Positions 39,823 to 47,728 of a stretch of DNA of 64,000 nt are shown here, piece by piece (within the stretch, counting starts at the first letter, position 1; every line of letters starts with the position of its first letter). The translations under genes and the position numbers were made by a program. The stretch spans positions 1,952,001-2,016,000 of the forward strand of contig CAXXLL010000002.1 in the NCBI GenBank assembly GCA_963662545.2. Direction: 5' to 3'. This DNA is from Gammaproteobacteria bacterium (GTDB lineage Bacteria > Pseudomonadota > Gammaproteobacteria > Ga0077536). Below the pieces are notes generated by a model, which ran no database searches, was not told where the DNA came from, and worked only from the letters and a program-made list of their open reading frames with translations.

Positions 39823-41016
39823 ATGCAGGAGCACTACGACTACCTGGTGGTTGGCGCGGGCATCGTCGGCCTGGCGACGGCGCGACGGCTGCAGGACAGG
39901 TTCCCCGATGCCGCAGTCGCGGTACTGGAGAAGGAAGCCCGTGTTGCAACCCATCAAAGCGGTCACAACAGCGGCGTGATTCATGCGGGCGTGTACTATG
40001 CACCCGGCAGTATGAAAGCACGCTTGTGCCGCGCAGGGATTCGCCGAACGATAGAATTTTGCGAGAACAACGCCGTCGAATATCGCCGTTGCGGCAAGCT
40101 CATCGTCGCCACCAGCGACGCCGAGCGCGAACGTTTAGCCGGCATCGGTGATCGCGCCACGAAGAACGGCTGTCACTGCGAGTATCTGGATGGAATCGCG
40201 ATTCGCGATCTCGAGCCCAATGTGACGGGCGTCGCCGCACTGAAAATTACCGATACCGGCATCGCCGATTATGCGGCGCTGTGCCGGACACTCGCAGTCC
40301 TCATCGAAGACGGCGGGGGCACAGTCAGCCTGAACACGCGAGTAGAATCGATCGACGAGCGAACTAACGAAGTTCGGATAGGAAGCAATCGCGGACCATT
40401 CACCGCGAAACACCTGATCGTATGCGGCGGCCTGCAAGCGGATCGCCTTGCGCGCATGGCGGGCCTCGAGATCGATTTTGCGATCGTACCGTTTCGCGGC
40501 GATTACTACCGATTACCGCAAGCGCGTTCAACGCTCGTCTCCACCCTGATCTATCCGGTGCCCGATCCGCGCTTACCCTTTCTTGGCGTTCATTTGACCT
40601 TGACGGTCGATGGTTCGATTACGGTAGGACCCACCGCCATGCTTGCATTCGAGCGCGAAGCGTATCGCCGTTGGGCGTTCGACGTTCGCGACGCGCGGGA
40701 AATGTTCGGGTTCGCCGGTACCTGGCGAATGCTGGCCCGTTTTCCACGGGCCGGTTTAACCGAGTTGGTGCATGCCGCGAGCCGCAAGCGTTACTTGAAC
40801 CTGGTGCGAAATTATTGTCCGGCCCTGAGGCTCGACGATCTGCGCGATCATGAATGTGGTATTCGCGCGCAGGCGGTAACGCGTGCAGGCAATATGATTC
40901 ACGATTTCCTATTGAAACGTACGCCGCGCAGCGTTCACGTTTGCAACGCACCTTCGCCGGCGGCGACCTCCGCCTTCCCGATCGCGGACACTATCGTCGC
41001 GAGCCTGGCGGATTGA
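39823..41016 (+). CDS. lhgO: L-2-hydroxyglutarate oxidase
   Basis: GAGIVGLA, HQSGHNSGVIHAGVYY.PGS.KA, PFRGDY, YPVPDP.LPFLGVH, NAPSPAATS. Confidence 0.93.
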   Translation: MQEHYDYLVVGAGIVGLATARRLQDRFPDAAVAVLEKEARVATHQSGHNSGVIHAGVYYAPGSMKARLCRAGIRRTIEFCENNAVEYRRCGKLIVATSDAERERLAGIGDRATKNGCHCEYLDGIAIRDLEPNVTGVAALKITDTGIADYAALCRTLAVLIEDGGGTVSLNTRVESIDERTNEVRIGSNRGPFTAKHLIVCGGLQADRLARMAGLEIDFAIVPFRGDYYRLPQARSTLVSTLIYPVPDPRLPFLGVHLTLTVDGSITVGPTAMLAFEREAYRRWAFDVRDAREMFGFAGTWRMLARFPRAGLTELVHAASRKRYLNLVRNYCPALRLDDLRDHECGIRAQAVTRAGNMIHDFLLKRTPRSVHVCNAPSPAATSAFPIADTIVASLAD

Positions 41017-41034
41017 CGAACCGGCGCCATTTAG

Positions 41035-41622
41035 ATGAACGCAAAGCCGCTCAAACGCTGTCCCTGGGTCGACCTCGATAAGACCGACTACGTCGCGTAT
41101 CACGATACGGAGTGGGGCGTGCCGGTCTACGACGATCAAGTCATGTTTGAATTCCTAACGCTCGAAGCCGCCCAGGCGGGCTTGAGCTGGTACACAGTCC
41201 TGAAAAAGCGCGAACATTACCGCAAGGCTTTCGCAGCCTTCGATCCGGTAAAGGTCGCGCGCTTCACGCCGAAGCGGATCGAAGTGCTGTTGCAGAACAA
41301 AGGGCTGATCCGCAATCGATTGAAAATCGAAGCAGCCGTTGGCAACGCACGGGCTTTTCTCGAAGTGCAGCAGGCCTATGACGGTTTTTGCAACTACATC
41401 TGGTCGTTCGTCGAAGGCAAGCCAAAAGTCAACGTGCTGCGCAAACGCGCGGACTTCGTCGCGACGAGCCCCGCGTCAGACCGCCTGAGCAAGGATCTAA
41501 AAAAGCGCGGATTTAAGTTCGTTGGTACGACCATCGTCTACGCGCACATGCAGGCCACCGGGCTCGTCAATGACCACACCGTCTCGTGTTTTCGGCGCAG
41601 GGAAATCATCGCCGGGTACTAG
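41035..41622 (+). CDS. tag: DNA-3-methyladenine glycosylase I
   Basis: RCPW, YHDTEWG.P, LEAAQAGLSW, IRNRLKI, KKRGFKFVG, MQATGLVNDH...C. Confidence 0.96.
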   Translation: MNAKPLKRCPWVDLDKTDYVAYHDTEWGVPVYDDQVMFEFLTLEAAQAGLSWYTVLKKREHYRKAFAAFDPVKVARFTPKRIEVLLQNKGLIRNRLKIEAAVGNARAFLEVQQAYDGFCNYIWSFVEGKPKVNVLRKRADFVATSPASDRLSKDLKKRGFKFVGTTIVYAHMQATGLVNDHTVSCFRRREIIAGY

Positions 41623-41779
41623 TGTGCTGTCCCGTAATAAACCTTCATAATTCGCTGGTCCTCGCACCACGCTGCGGCGTTGCTCGTCGTTGCCGTATTC
41701 CCGATACGACGCCTCCTCGCGCCTTGCATCGCGGCACGAGTCCTGCGCGACTTATCGAAGTTTATTACGGGACAGCACA
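41623..41779. mobile_element. MITE family C, copy 2 (157 bp)
   Basis: Same TIRs as 36647-36803; left CTAG contains the tag stop codon. Confidence 0.93.
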
Positions 41780-41783
41780 CTAG

Positions 41784-41831
41784 AATCTATCTCTAAATTA
41801 TTCGCGTATGCGAATAATTTAGAGATAGATT
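41784..41831. repeat. TIR-only family-B-like mini element (perfect 22-bp hairpin)
   Basis: AATCTATCTCTAAATTATTCGC-gtat-GCGAATAATTTAGAGATAGATT, CTAG on both flanks. Confidence 0.85.
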
Positions 41832-41877
41832 CTAGACATCCACGTCCTTAGAACGCGGTTGTTTAGCGAGTGTTTAT

Positions 41878-43137
41878 TCAGAATTTGACGGGAATACGCG
41901 TCCATTCGCCATCCCTGAACCGGATGGCGGTTGCGCGTCCGCCCGTGACCACCATCGATCCATCGGGCATCGCGATGGGCGTCTTCAGCCACGACAGGAG
42001 ATTCAATACCGTTCGATCGGCGAGCTGCCACTCGCCACCGTCCAGCAGGCCGATGAGACCGACCGCACCCGCGATGACGGGTTTCTCGTCATCGCCGATC
42101 GTAACCCCGAAAATACCTTCGCGACCCGAACTGGGATTATCCGACCAGGTCTCGCCGCCGTCGTGGCTCACCTGACTCACGCCGCCGGCACCGGTCAGCC
42201 ACATCTCATCGCCTTTTTGAACGCCGGCGAGCCAGTAAGCGGGTTCCGGTTCGTGGGGTACGATCTCGGTATCCCGTCTCACCCAGGTCGCGCCATTGTC
42301 CTCGCTTTGCAGGATCATGCCGAATTCACCGGCAATGGTCACCTTACCGGATTCCACCAGGACGACATTCCACGATACGTCGCCGGGCCGGAACGGCGGA
42401 CCGGGATTGAAATCGAGTTCGATCGTCGCCGGCGGGTCCTGGTCAAGTGGTGTGCTGACCTGCACGAATCCTGTGTCCGCAAGTACTTCGTAATGAGCGG
42501 GCGTCTCCGCGGGTTTACCGCCGACCGTAGCGCTGAACTTGATCGAATCGAGTTTCAGGTTACTGATGCCCAGATACCAATCCGCCTCGTGGTCGCCGAC
42601 AAACCTCACCTGGGGCTGCTTGACCTCGCTTTCCGTGATGTCGACGATTTCGAATTCCCTGCCGTCCGTACTCCTGGCCAGTAAACCGCGCCCGCCTACG
42701 GCCCATACATTACCGCCTTCGGCCGAGATATCGAGTACGGGCTCATTGTATTCCGACAATGCCGCGATGAATTCGATGGTCTTGCCATCGAACCAATAGA
42801 CACGGCCGGTCGACGACCCGATCAGCACGTCGGTATCGGACATTTTTCCAAGCGCGGTGAAATCTTCATTGGGGACGTCTGCGATGAGATGGAGTTGCGC
42901 GGAGGACTCACCGACCTCGAGCGTGCCGACGAGACCGTGATGGCCCGTGACGACGATGCGCTCGAGCCCCGGCAGGTAGGCTGCATCGAGAAAATCAGTC
43001 CGCTGCACCGAGCGTTTCGTTGCAGTCGACGCGCCGCCATAGGCAAGGGTAAGTGCCGGGACCAGGCCCATCAACGCGAGCAGAACCAGGGCCCCGGAAA
43101 AAGATCGTAATCGGTTTGCAATCATCGCCTCAGCCAT
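41878..43137 (-). CDS. YCF48-like (BNR/Asp-box beta-propeller) exported protein
   Basis: Signal peptide; VGGRGLLARSTDG, AGEFGMILQSEDNGATW, SHDGGETW. Confidence 0.85.
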   Translation of the reverse strand: MAEAMIANRLRSFSGALVLLALMGLVPALTLAYGGASTATKRSVQRTDFLDAAYLPGLERIVVTGHHGLVGTLEVGESSAQLHLIADVPNEDFTALGKMSDTDVLIGSSTGRVYWFDGKTIEFIAALSEYNEPVLDISAEGGNVWAVGGRGLLARSTDGREFEIVDITESEVKQPQVRFVGDHEADWYLGISNLKLDSIKFSATVGGKPAETPAHYEVLADTGFVQVSTPLDQDPPATIELDFNPGPPFRPGDVSWNVVLVESGKVTIAGEFGMILQSEDNGATWVRRDTEIVPHEPEPAYWLAGVQKGDEMWLTGAGGVSQVSHDGGETWSDNPSSGREGIFGVTIGDDEKPVIAGAVGLIGLLDGGEWQLADRTVLNLLSWLKTPIAMPDGSMVVTGGRATAIRFRDGEWTRIPVKF

Positions 43138-43282
43138 TCGGAATAAATTTGAGTTGAATTCACAATTGGGATTCCAAGTCGCGCATCATAGGCGACCTGG
43201 GTGACTCCCCCCCGCGGACAGGCGCGCTAAAATAGCAATAACACCGCATGCGACACAAGACCGAACGGTTGGCCGTGCGTCG

Positions 43283-43828
43283 TCAAGCTTGGTTGACGCT
43301 GCCGTAGCGTCCGCGGTAATAGAGCAGGGGCTCGGTTTCCGCCGAGTCATTGGCGAAGACGTGCTCGACCTCGCCGCAGAAGATCTGATGATCCCCGCCA
43401 GCCACCACTTCACTCACCTTACATTCAATCGATAGCAGGGTGTTGGCGAGAATGGGCGCCCCGGTCCTTCCGCCGGCATATTCTACACCCGAAAATTTAT
43501 CGTTCCCCTTTTTGGCAAAGCGGTTCGACAGTTCCTGCTGCGCCTGCGTCAGGACGTTGACGCAAAATACCCGGCTGTCCAGCATCGCCTTCAGCGTGTC
43601 GGACCCGTTGTCAACACACACCAGAAACATCGGCGGATCGAGCGACAGCGAAGTGACCGCGTTCATCGTGAGGCCAAACGGTTTTCCGTCCGTATCGACG
43701 GTGGTGACGATCGACACGCCGGAAGCCCACAGGCCGCAGGCGGTTCTGAAATCATCCGAACTGATCACGCTGTCACCCTTGCGAAACTCTTCTTTTGGGG
43801 TTGATCCGAGGCTCACCTTGCCGTTCAC
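43283..43828 (-). CDS. Flavin reductase family protein
   Basis: FR..CG.WASGVSIVTT, SLSLDPP, FCVNVL, GGDHQIFCGEV, PLLYYRG. Confidence 0.93.
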   Translation of the reverse strand: MNGKVSLGSTPKEEFRKGDSVISSDDFRTACGLWASGVSIVTTVDTDGKPFGLTMNAVTSLSLDPPMFLVCVDNGSDTLKAMLDSRVFCVNVLTQAQQELSNRFAKKGNDKFSGVEYAGGRTGAPILANTLLSIECKVSEVVAGGDHQIFCGEVEHVFANDSAETEPLLYYRGRYGSVNQA

Positions 43829-43932
43829 GCTGCTTTAAAAACCACGCGGCTCGCCGCCATAAGTTTGAGCCGTTGTGCGATCGGCACCCGTAAATTTTGG
43901 GACTTATATACGTGTTTACCCAAGGGCAGAAT

Positions 43933-44106
43933 TCAACCGTCCTTTGATTTTCGCGTCTTCACTGACTTCATGTAATTCCATTTCTTCTTGGGTGGGCCTC
44001 TCATAATCGAGCGCGCGATGTTTTCGGCCGTGTCGGGGATTGGCTCAGGCATCGTGTTCTTGACTGGACGACCACGGCTGCGCTTTTTGGCCGGTTCTAT
44101 AGTCAT
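43933..44106 (-). CDS. 57-aa basic peptide with AT-hook-like RGRP motif (not in the ORF track)
   Basis: MTIEPAKKRSRGRPVKNTMPEPIPDTAENIARSIMRGPPKKKWNYMKSVKTRKSKDG; ATGA overlap with the MTase-HNH stop. Confidence 0.65.
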   Translation of the reverse strand: MTIEPAKKRSRGRPVKNTMPEPIPDTAENIARSIMRGPPKKKWNYMKSVKTRKSKDG

Positions 44107-45396
44107 GTTGCGCTCCCTGTCGCCATGTAGCCCTTACGCTTGTTCTCCCGCCGCAATCCCGATAGCGTATAGATATTGCTCTTGAGTCGGTTGCACGGGC
44201 CACACAGTAGAATGCGATTCGAGACGTGGTTGATCCCGCCGTCGGCGCGGGGCGTGTTGTGATCCAGTTCGAGGTAGCGCGGATCGTCAAACCCACGGTC
44301 GCAGCCATGACAGCGCGGGCCATGCTGGCCTAGCAGAAAGTCGTACATTTCGGCGCGGCTCAGGCGCTGGCCTTCCGGCTCCCGTACACTTTCCTTCACG
44401 CGCAGGAACGGTGCTGCGGTCTCGCCATCATCCGTGCGGGCCGGCGGATCGGCGGTGAACGTTACGTCACCGAATAGTCCCGTGGCATCCCTCAGGCGGT
44501 CCACAACGACCTCATGGGCCTTCTCCCATATGTCCATGCCAACCCACTGCCTTTGCAGTCTCTCGGCGGCCACAAGCGTGGTGGCGCATCCCGCGAACGG
44601 GTCAAGAACTATGTCGCCGGGGTTGGAACTGGCGCGGATCATCCGCTCATAGAGCGCTAGCGGCTTCTGTGTTGGGTAGCCGACCCGTTCACTGGCCATC
44701 CCGTTTATCGTTGGAATATCCCAAACATCTGCTGGCAATTTAAGAGACTTATCGGATGTCTTCGCCTTATCGGCCGCCATGGTCGCGCTCGCAGATCCTG
44801 TTTCCAGTCGCCGCAATACTTCATTTTCGCGCTTGTCCATGACTTCTTCCGCATTGAACGACCAGATTTTCCCCTTTGCGTAGATAAAGAATGAGATCGT
44901 GTTTTCGATTCCACCTTTTCGCCGTGTGGTAGCCCCACGAATACCGCCATACCAACTCATTCTGGAAATAGTTCTTGCCGAACACGGCGTCCATGAGTGC
45001 TTTTAGGTAATGCGAGGCGGTGGGATCGCAGTGGAGGTAAATACTCCCCGTAGGCTTCAACACCCGGCGCATGGCGAGCAACCGGACGGCCATGAAGCAA
45101 AGAAATGCCCCCATGTCGTCGCCATAGCTGGACCGTGAGCCTTGGATCATGTTCATAACACGAGGATGATCGTCGGCGATCTCATCCACCCATTCCTGAT
45201 GCACGTCCCTCTCCCACGACCAGCGATCTTGAAAGCGCGCCCCTGCGGCAAGGCTGTCTGGTGTTGCGTGGAAGTCACGCCCTTTGTTGAACGGCGGGTC
45301 CGTGGCGATGAGGTCCACGGACCCCGAATTCATGGCACGGAGGAAGGGCAGGTTATCGCCGTGGAACAGCGTCCGGTTGCGCCAGTTGGCAGTCAC
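44103..45396 (-). pseudogene. Beta-class N6/N4 DNA methyltransferase fused to a C-terminal HNH endonuclease; +1 frameshift near 44885
   Basis: DPPF and GSIYLHCD in frame 1; YPTQKP, LDPFAGCATT and CHGC..DH..P...GG..H..N...LCGPCN in frame 2; junction ATT CTT TAT C TAC GCA AAG. Confidence 0.88.
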
Positions 45397-46328
45397 GCGA
45401 CCAAATCCCTATAACGCAACCGCTTCCCGACCATGCTACGAGCAGCAGCCTCCATCTGGTCTATAGTGTCAGCGGGGCGATCATTATGGCGACCGGAGAA
45501 TTCACCAATGTAGCGGCCTAGGTGCTTCTCGCTCATATGGTGGTAAGTACCGTGATAACCGCGCTTCAACAGGCTCCAAAACGACTCTATCCCGTTGGTA
45601 TGCGCCATGCCGTTCACATACTCACTGATGCTGTGCTTCACGGTTTCATGCTCGAACGGCATACCCTGATATCCGCCGTGATCGTCGGTGTAAACCGTCG
45701 CGCCCTTGGCGGCGCGCTCGCCGACGAAGCCCTGTAGGGTCTTGGCGTCCGTGTTGCCAACCACAGTGGCGCTCACTGCGTTGGTCGCGCGGTCCTTGGC
45801 TCCGACGATGATGGCCTTGCCGACGCCACCACGGCCCGCCCGTAGCTTCTTGTTGGCGTGCTTGTTCTTTTCCTTGCCACCGATGAAGGTTTCGTCCACC
45901 TCGACCGGCCCCGCGAAAGGCGAGTCTGGGTCGCTCCACGACTCTCTGATCCGGTGCGCTAGGTGCCACGCGGTTTTCTGTGTGATGCCCAAGTCGCGGT
46001 GAAGCTTCATGCTGGACGTGCCTTTGATGCCCGTCATCATTAGGTAGATCGCCATCGCCCATATCTGAAAGCCGAGTTTTGATCCTTCCATAAGCGTGCC
46101 GAGCTTGACCGAAAAATCCTTGCGGCAATCTCGGCAGCGATAGGGCTGCGGCTTGCGCGTCGCGCGCTCCTGCACGTTAAGGGAGACACAGCACGGGCAG
46201 TGCGCGCCATCCGGCCAGCGCGCTTTGACAAACCATCGCTCGGCTGTTGCGTCATCGGGAAACATGCGGGTAAGTTCGATCAGCGTGAGGCCTTTGCGGT
46301 AGTGTTTCCCTGGTGCTTTATGTGCCAT
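45393..46328 (-). CDS. IS1595-family transposase
   Basis: RWPDG..CP.C / YRCRDCRKDFSV zinc ribbon, HTH SSMKLHRDLGITQKTAW, VEVDETFIGG, VYTD, HTNGIESFW. Confidence 0.96.
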   Translation of the reverse strand: MAHKAPGKHYRKGLTLIELTRMFPDDATAERWFVKARWPDGAHCPCCVSLNVQERATRKPQPYRCRDCRKDFSVKLGTLMEGSKLGFQIWAMAIYLMMTGIKGTSSMKLHRDLGITQKTAWHLAHRIRESWSDPDSPFAGPVEVDETFIGGKEKNKHANKKLRAGRGGVGKAIIVGAKDRATNAVSATVVGNTDAKTLQGFVGERAAKGATVYTDDHGGYQGMPFEHETVKHSISEYVNGMAHTNGIESFWSLLKRGYHGTYHHMSEKHLGRYIGEFSGRHNDRPADTIDQMEAAARSMVGKRLRYRDLVA

Positions 46329-46343
46329 GATCCTGCCTCCTAA

Positions 46344-46607
46344 TTATGGAAACAGTTTACCCAACCATCGACGGAATGTCAAGCGAAACGTGGGTTTTTC
46401 AGCGGGCCTCTTACCTATCTTCACAGTCATTTCCGGTGCATCGAACTTGGTATCGGCCTCAATCTTCGCGTCGAATTCGCGGTGTAGGTAATCCAGGATG
46501 CGATCCTGAGTGCGTTTAATCTCCTTATATCTGGAGCGGCTTAAATACATTTCCACGAACACCGCGATGAGGCTGATGACAAGGGCCGCAATTCCGATCC
46601 ACTCCAC
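46344..46607 (-). CDS. Small single-TM hypothetical protein (IS passenger)
   Basis: N-terminal hydrophobic helix WIGIAALVISLIAVFV, GTG start, inside the TIRs. Confidence 0.55.
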   Translation of the reverse strand: MEWIGIAALVISLIAVFVEMYLSRSRYKEIKRTQDRILDYLHREFDAKIEADTKFDAPEMTVKIGKRPAEKPTFRLTFRRWLGKLFP

Positions 46608-46625
46608 CCCTTGATCATGGCAGCC

Positions 46626-46985
46626 TCACCCACCGGGCACCAACCACCAAATCATTGCCAAAGTAATGAGCGCGGAAGACACGAAGAGGGTGAAAGCGGC
46701 GATTGGGCTTAAGCCGGGGTAACGAGATCTTGGTCCAGCTCTCTTATTCACTACGGCGCTGGATGTTGCGGGAGGAAACGCGGGGGAGGCGGAAGTCTCT
46801 CGATCGATGTAATGCACTATCAGCCAAAGAACAGCGCACAGAAAAGCCAATCCAAATGGGATCCATGGGGATACTTGCGGCAACATCACTTGGACCCCCC
46901 AGAGCACCAAGCCCAAGATAACACCGGGAAGGATAACCTTGACGGAATCCAGACTTCTTTTACATGTGACGCTGAATAGCCGCAC
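46626..46985 (-). CDS. Small multi-TM hypothetical protein (IS passenger)
   Basis: Three hydrophobic segments, inside the TIRs; start uncertain. Confidence 0.5.
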   Translation of the reverse strand: MRLFSVTCKRSLDSVKVILPGVILGLVLWGVQVMLPQVSPWIPFGLAFLCAVLWLIVHYIDRETSASPAFPPATSSAVVNKRAGPRSRYPGLSPIAAFTLFVSSALITLAMIWWLVPGG

Positions 46986-47168
46986 GTCCCCATCATGGCA
47001 GCCTCCCCCCTACGCAGCCACGATCTTGGGTAGGCACGCATATAAGCCCCTAAATTTTCCCGATAAAGGTCGCGGACGTTTGCAGGGCACCCGTGTCTCA
47101 CCCGTGTGTATTACGCGCCCGACGCGGACCGAATCTTCGTCACGAATGAACACAAGATATGGAAAATA

Positions 47169-47342
47169 CTACCGCGTTGTCCCGTAATAATCTTCAATCA
47201 AGTCGCCCGGCTCTCCGGCTGGTAGCCGGCGCGAAGCGGCGTCTTTATCCAGACATATTCGTCCGCAACACAATTCTGTCGGGTACAGAATTGGACGCGA
47301 AGCGCGCTCACAGGTTGAGCGCCAGGGATGGCGCAAATCCAA
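47169..47342. repeat. Truncated chimeric MITE remnant: family-C-like left end with family-D-like internal hairpins
   Basis: CTAC-CGCGTTGTCCCGTAATAATCTTCA resembles the C TIR; 47272-47342 resembles 8859-8925; no right TIR found. Confidence 0.5.
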
Positions 47343-47604
47343 TGTGGACCGCCGCAGGCGGGGGGGGCTTGGAGGCCATTGCCGGACGGCCTATTCGCGC
47401 CGATTTTGCCTGATTCCGTAATCGGCTTGGCGGACACCCCGACGATCGGGCCTTCGGGATCAAGCCATGGGTCAAAACCCTCGATGGCGATGCCGTTCGG
47501 TGTGCCTCTCGAGCCCTCATCGACGCAATCGAGGCGGCTGCAATGAACTTCCATTGACTAATGATTTGGCAGAACAGGCTTCAAATGATTTTTCAACAAG
47601 AAAT

Positions 47605-47624
47605 ATGTTGCGCCAATGCAACAT
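47605..47624. promoter_or_regulatory. Candidate operator palindrome upstream of the RND gene
   Basis: ATGTTGC-gccaat-GCAACAT in an AT-rich tract. Confidence 0.4.
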
Positions 47625-47728
47625 GATCACTGTTTATCTTTTGCAACAACCATGTCAAAATCCGCGTTGCCGCGGACTGCAGCCGTTGTATTTACACGTC
47701 TGCACAGCGGAACCCAGGGGGAGAAGAC

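Larger units (their letters stand above)
43899..47050 (-). mobile_element. IS1595-family element with passenger genes (3,152 bp)
   Basis: 26-bp TIRs GGGACTTATATACGTGTTTACCCAAG (43899-43924) and CTTGGGTAGGCACGCATATAAGCCCC (47025-47050), 22/26 match; TSD TAAATTTT at 43891-43898 and 47051-47058. Confidence 0.95.

Noticed and set aside
19482-41622. mug, SPL-like and tag as a DNA-repair island
   Set aside because: They are about 9-11 kb apart in unrelated transcription units.
45393-46328. IS1595 transposase as the mobiliser of the MITEs
   Set aside because: Its TIRs and 8-bp AT-rich TSD do not match the MITE TIRs or their YTAR flanks.
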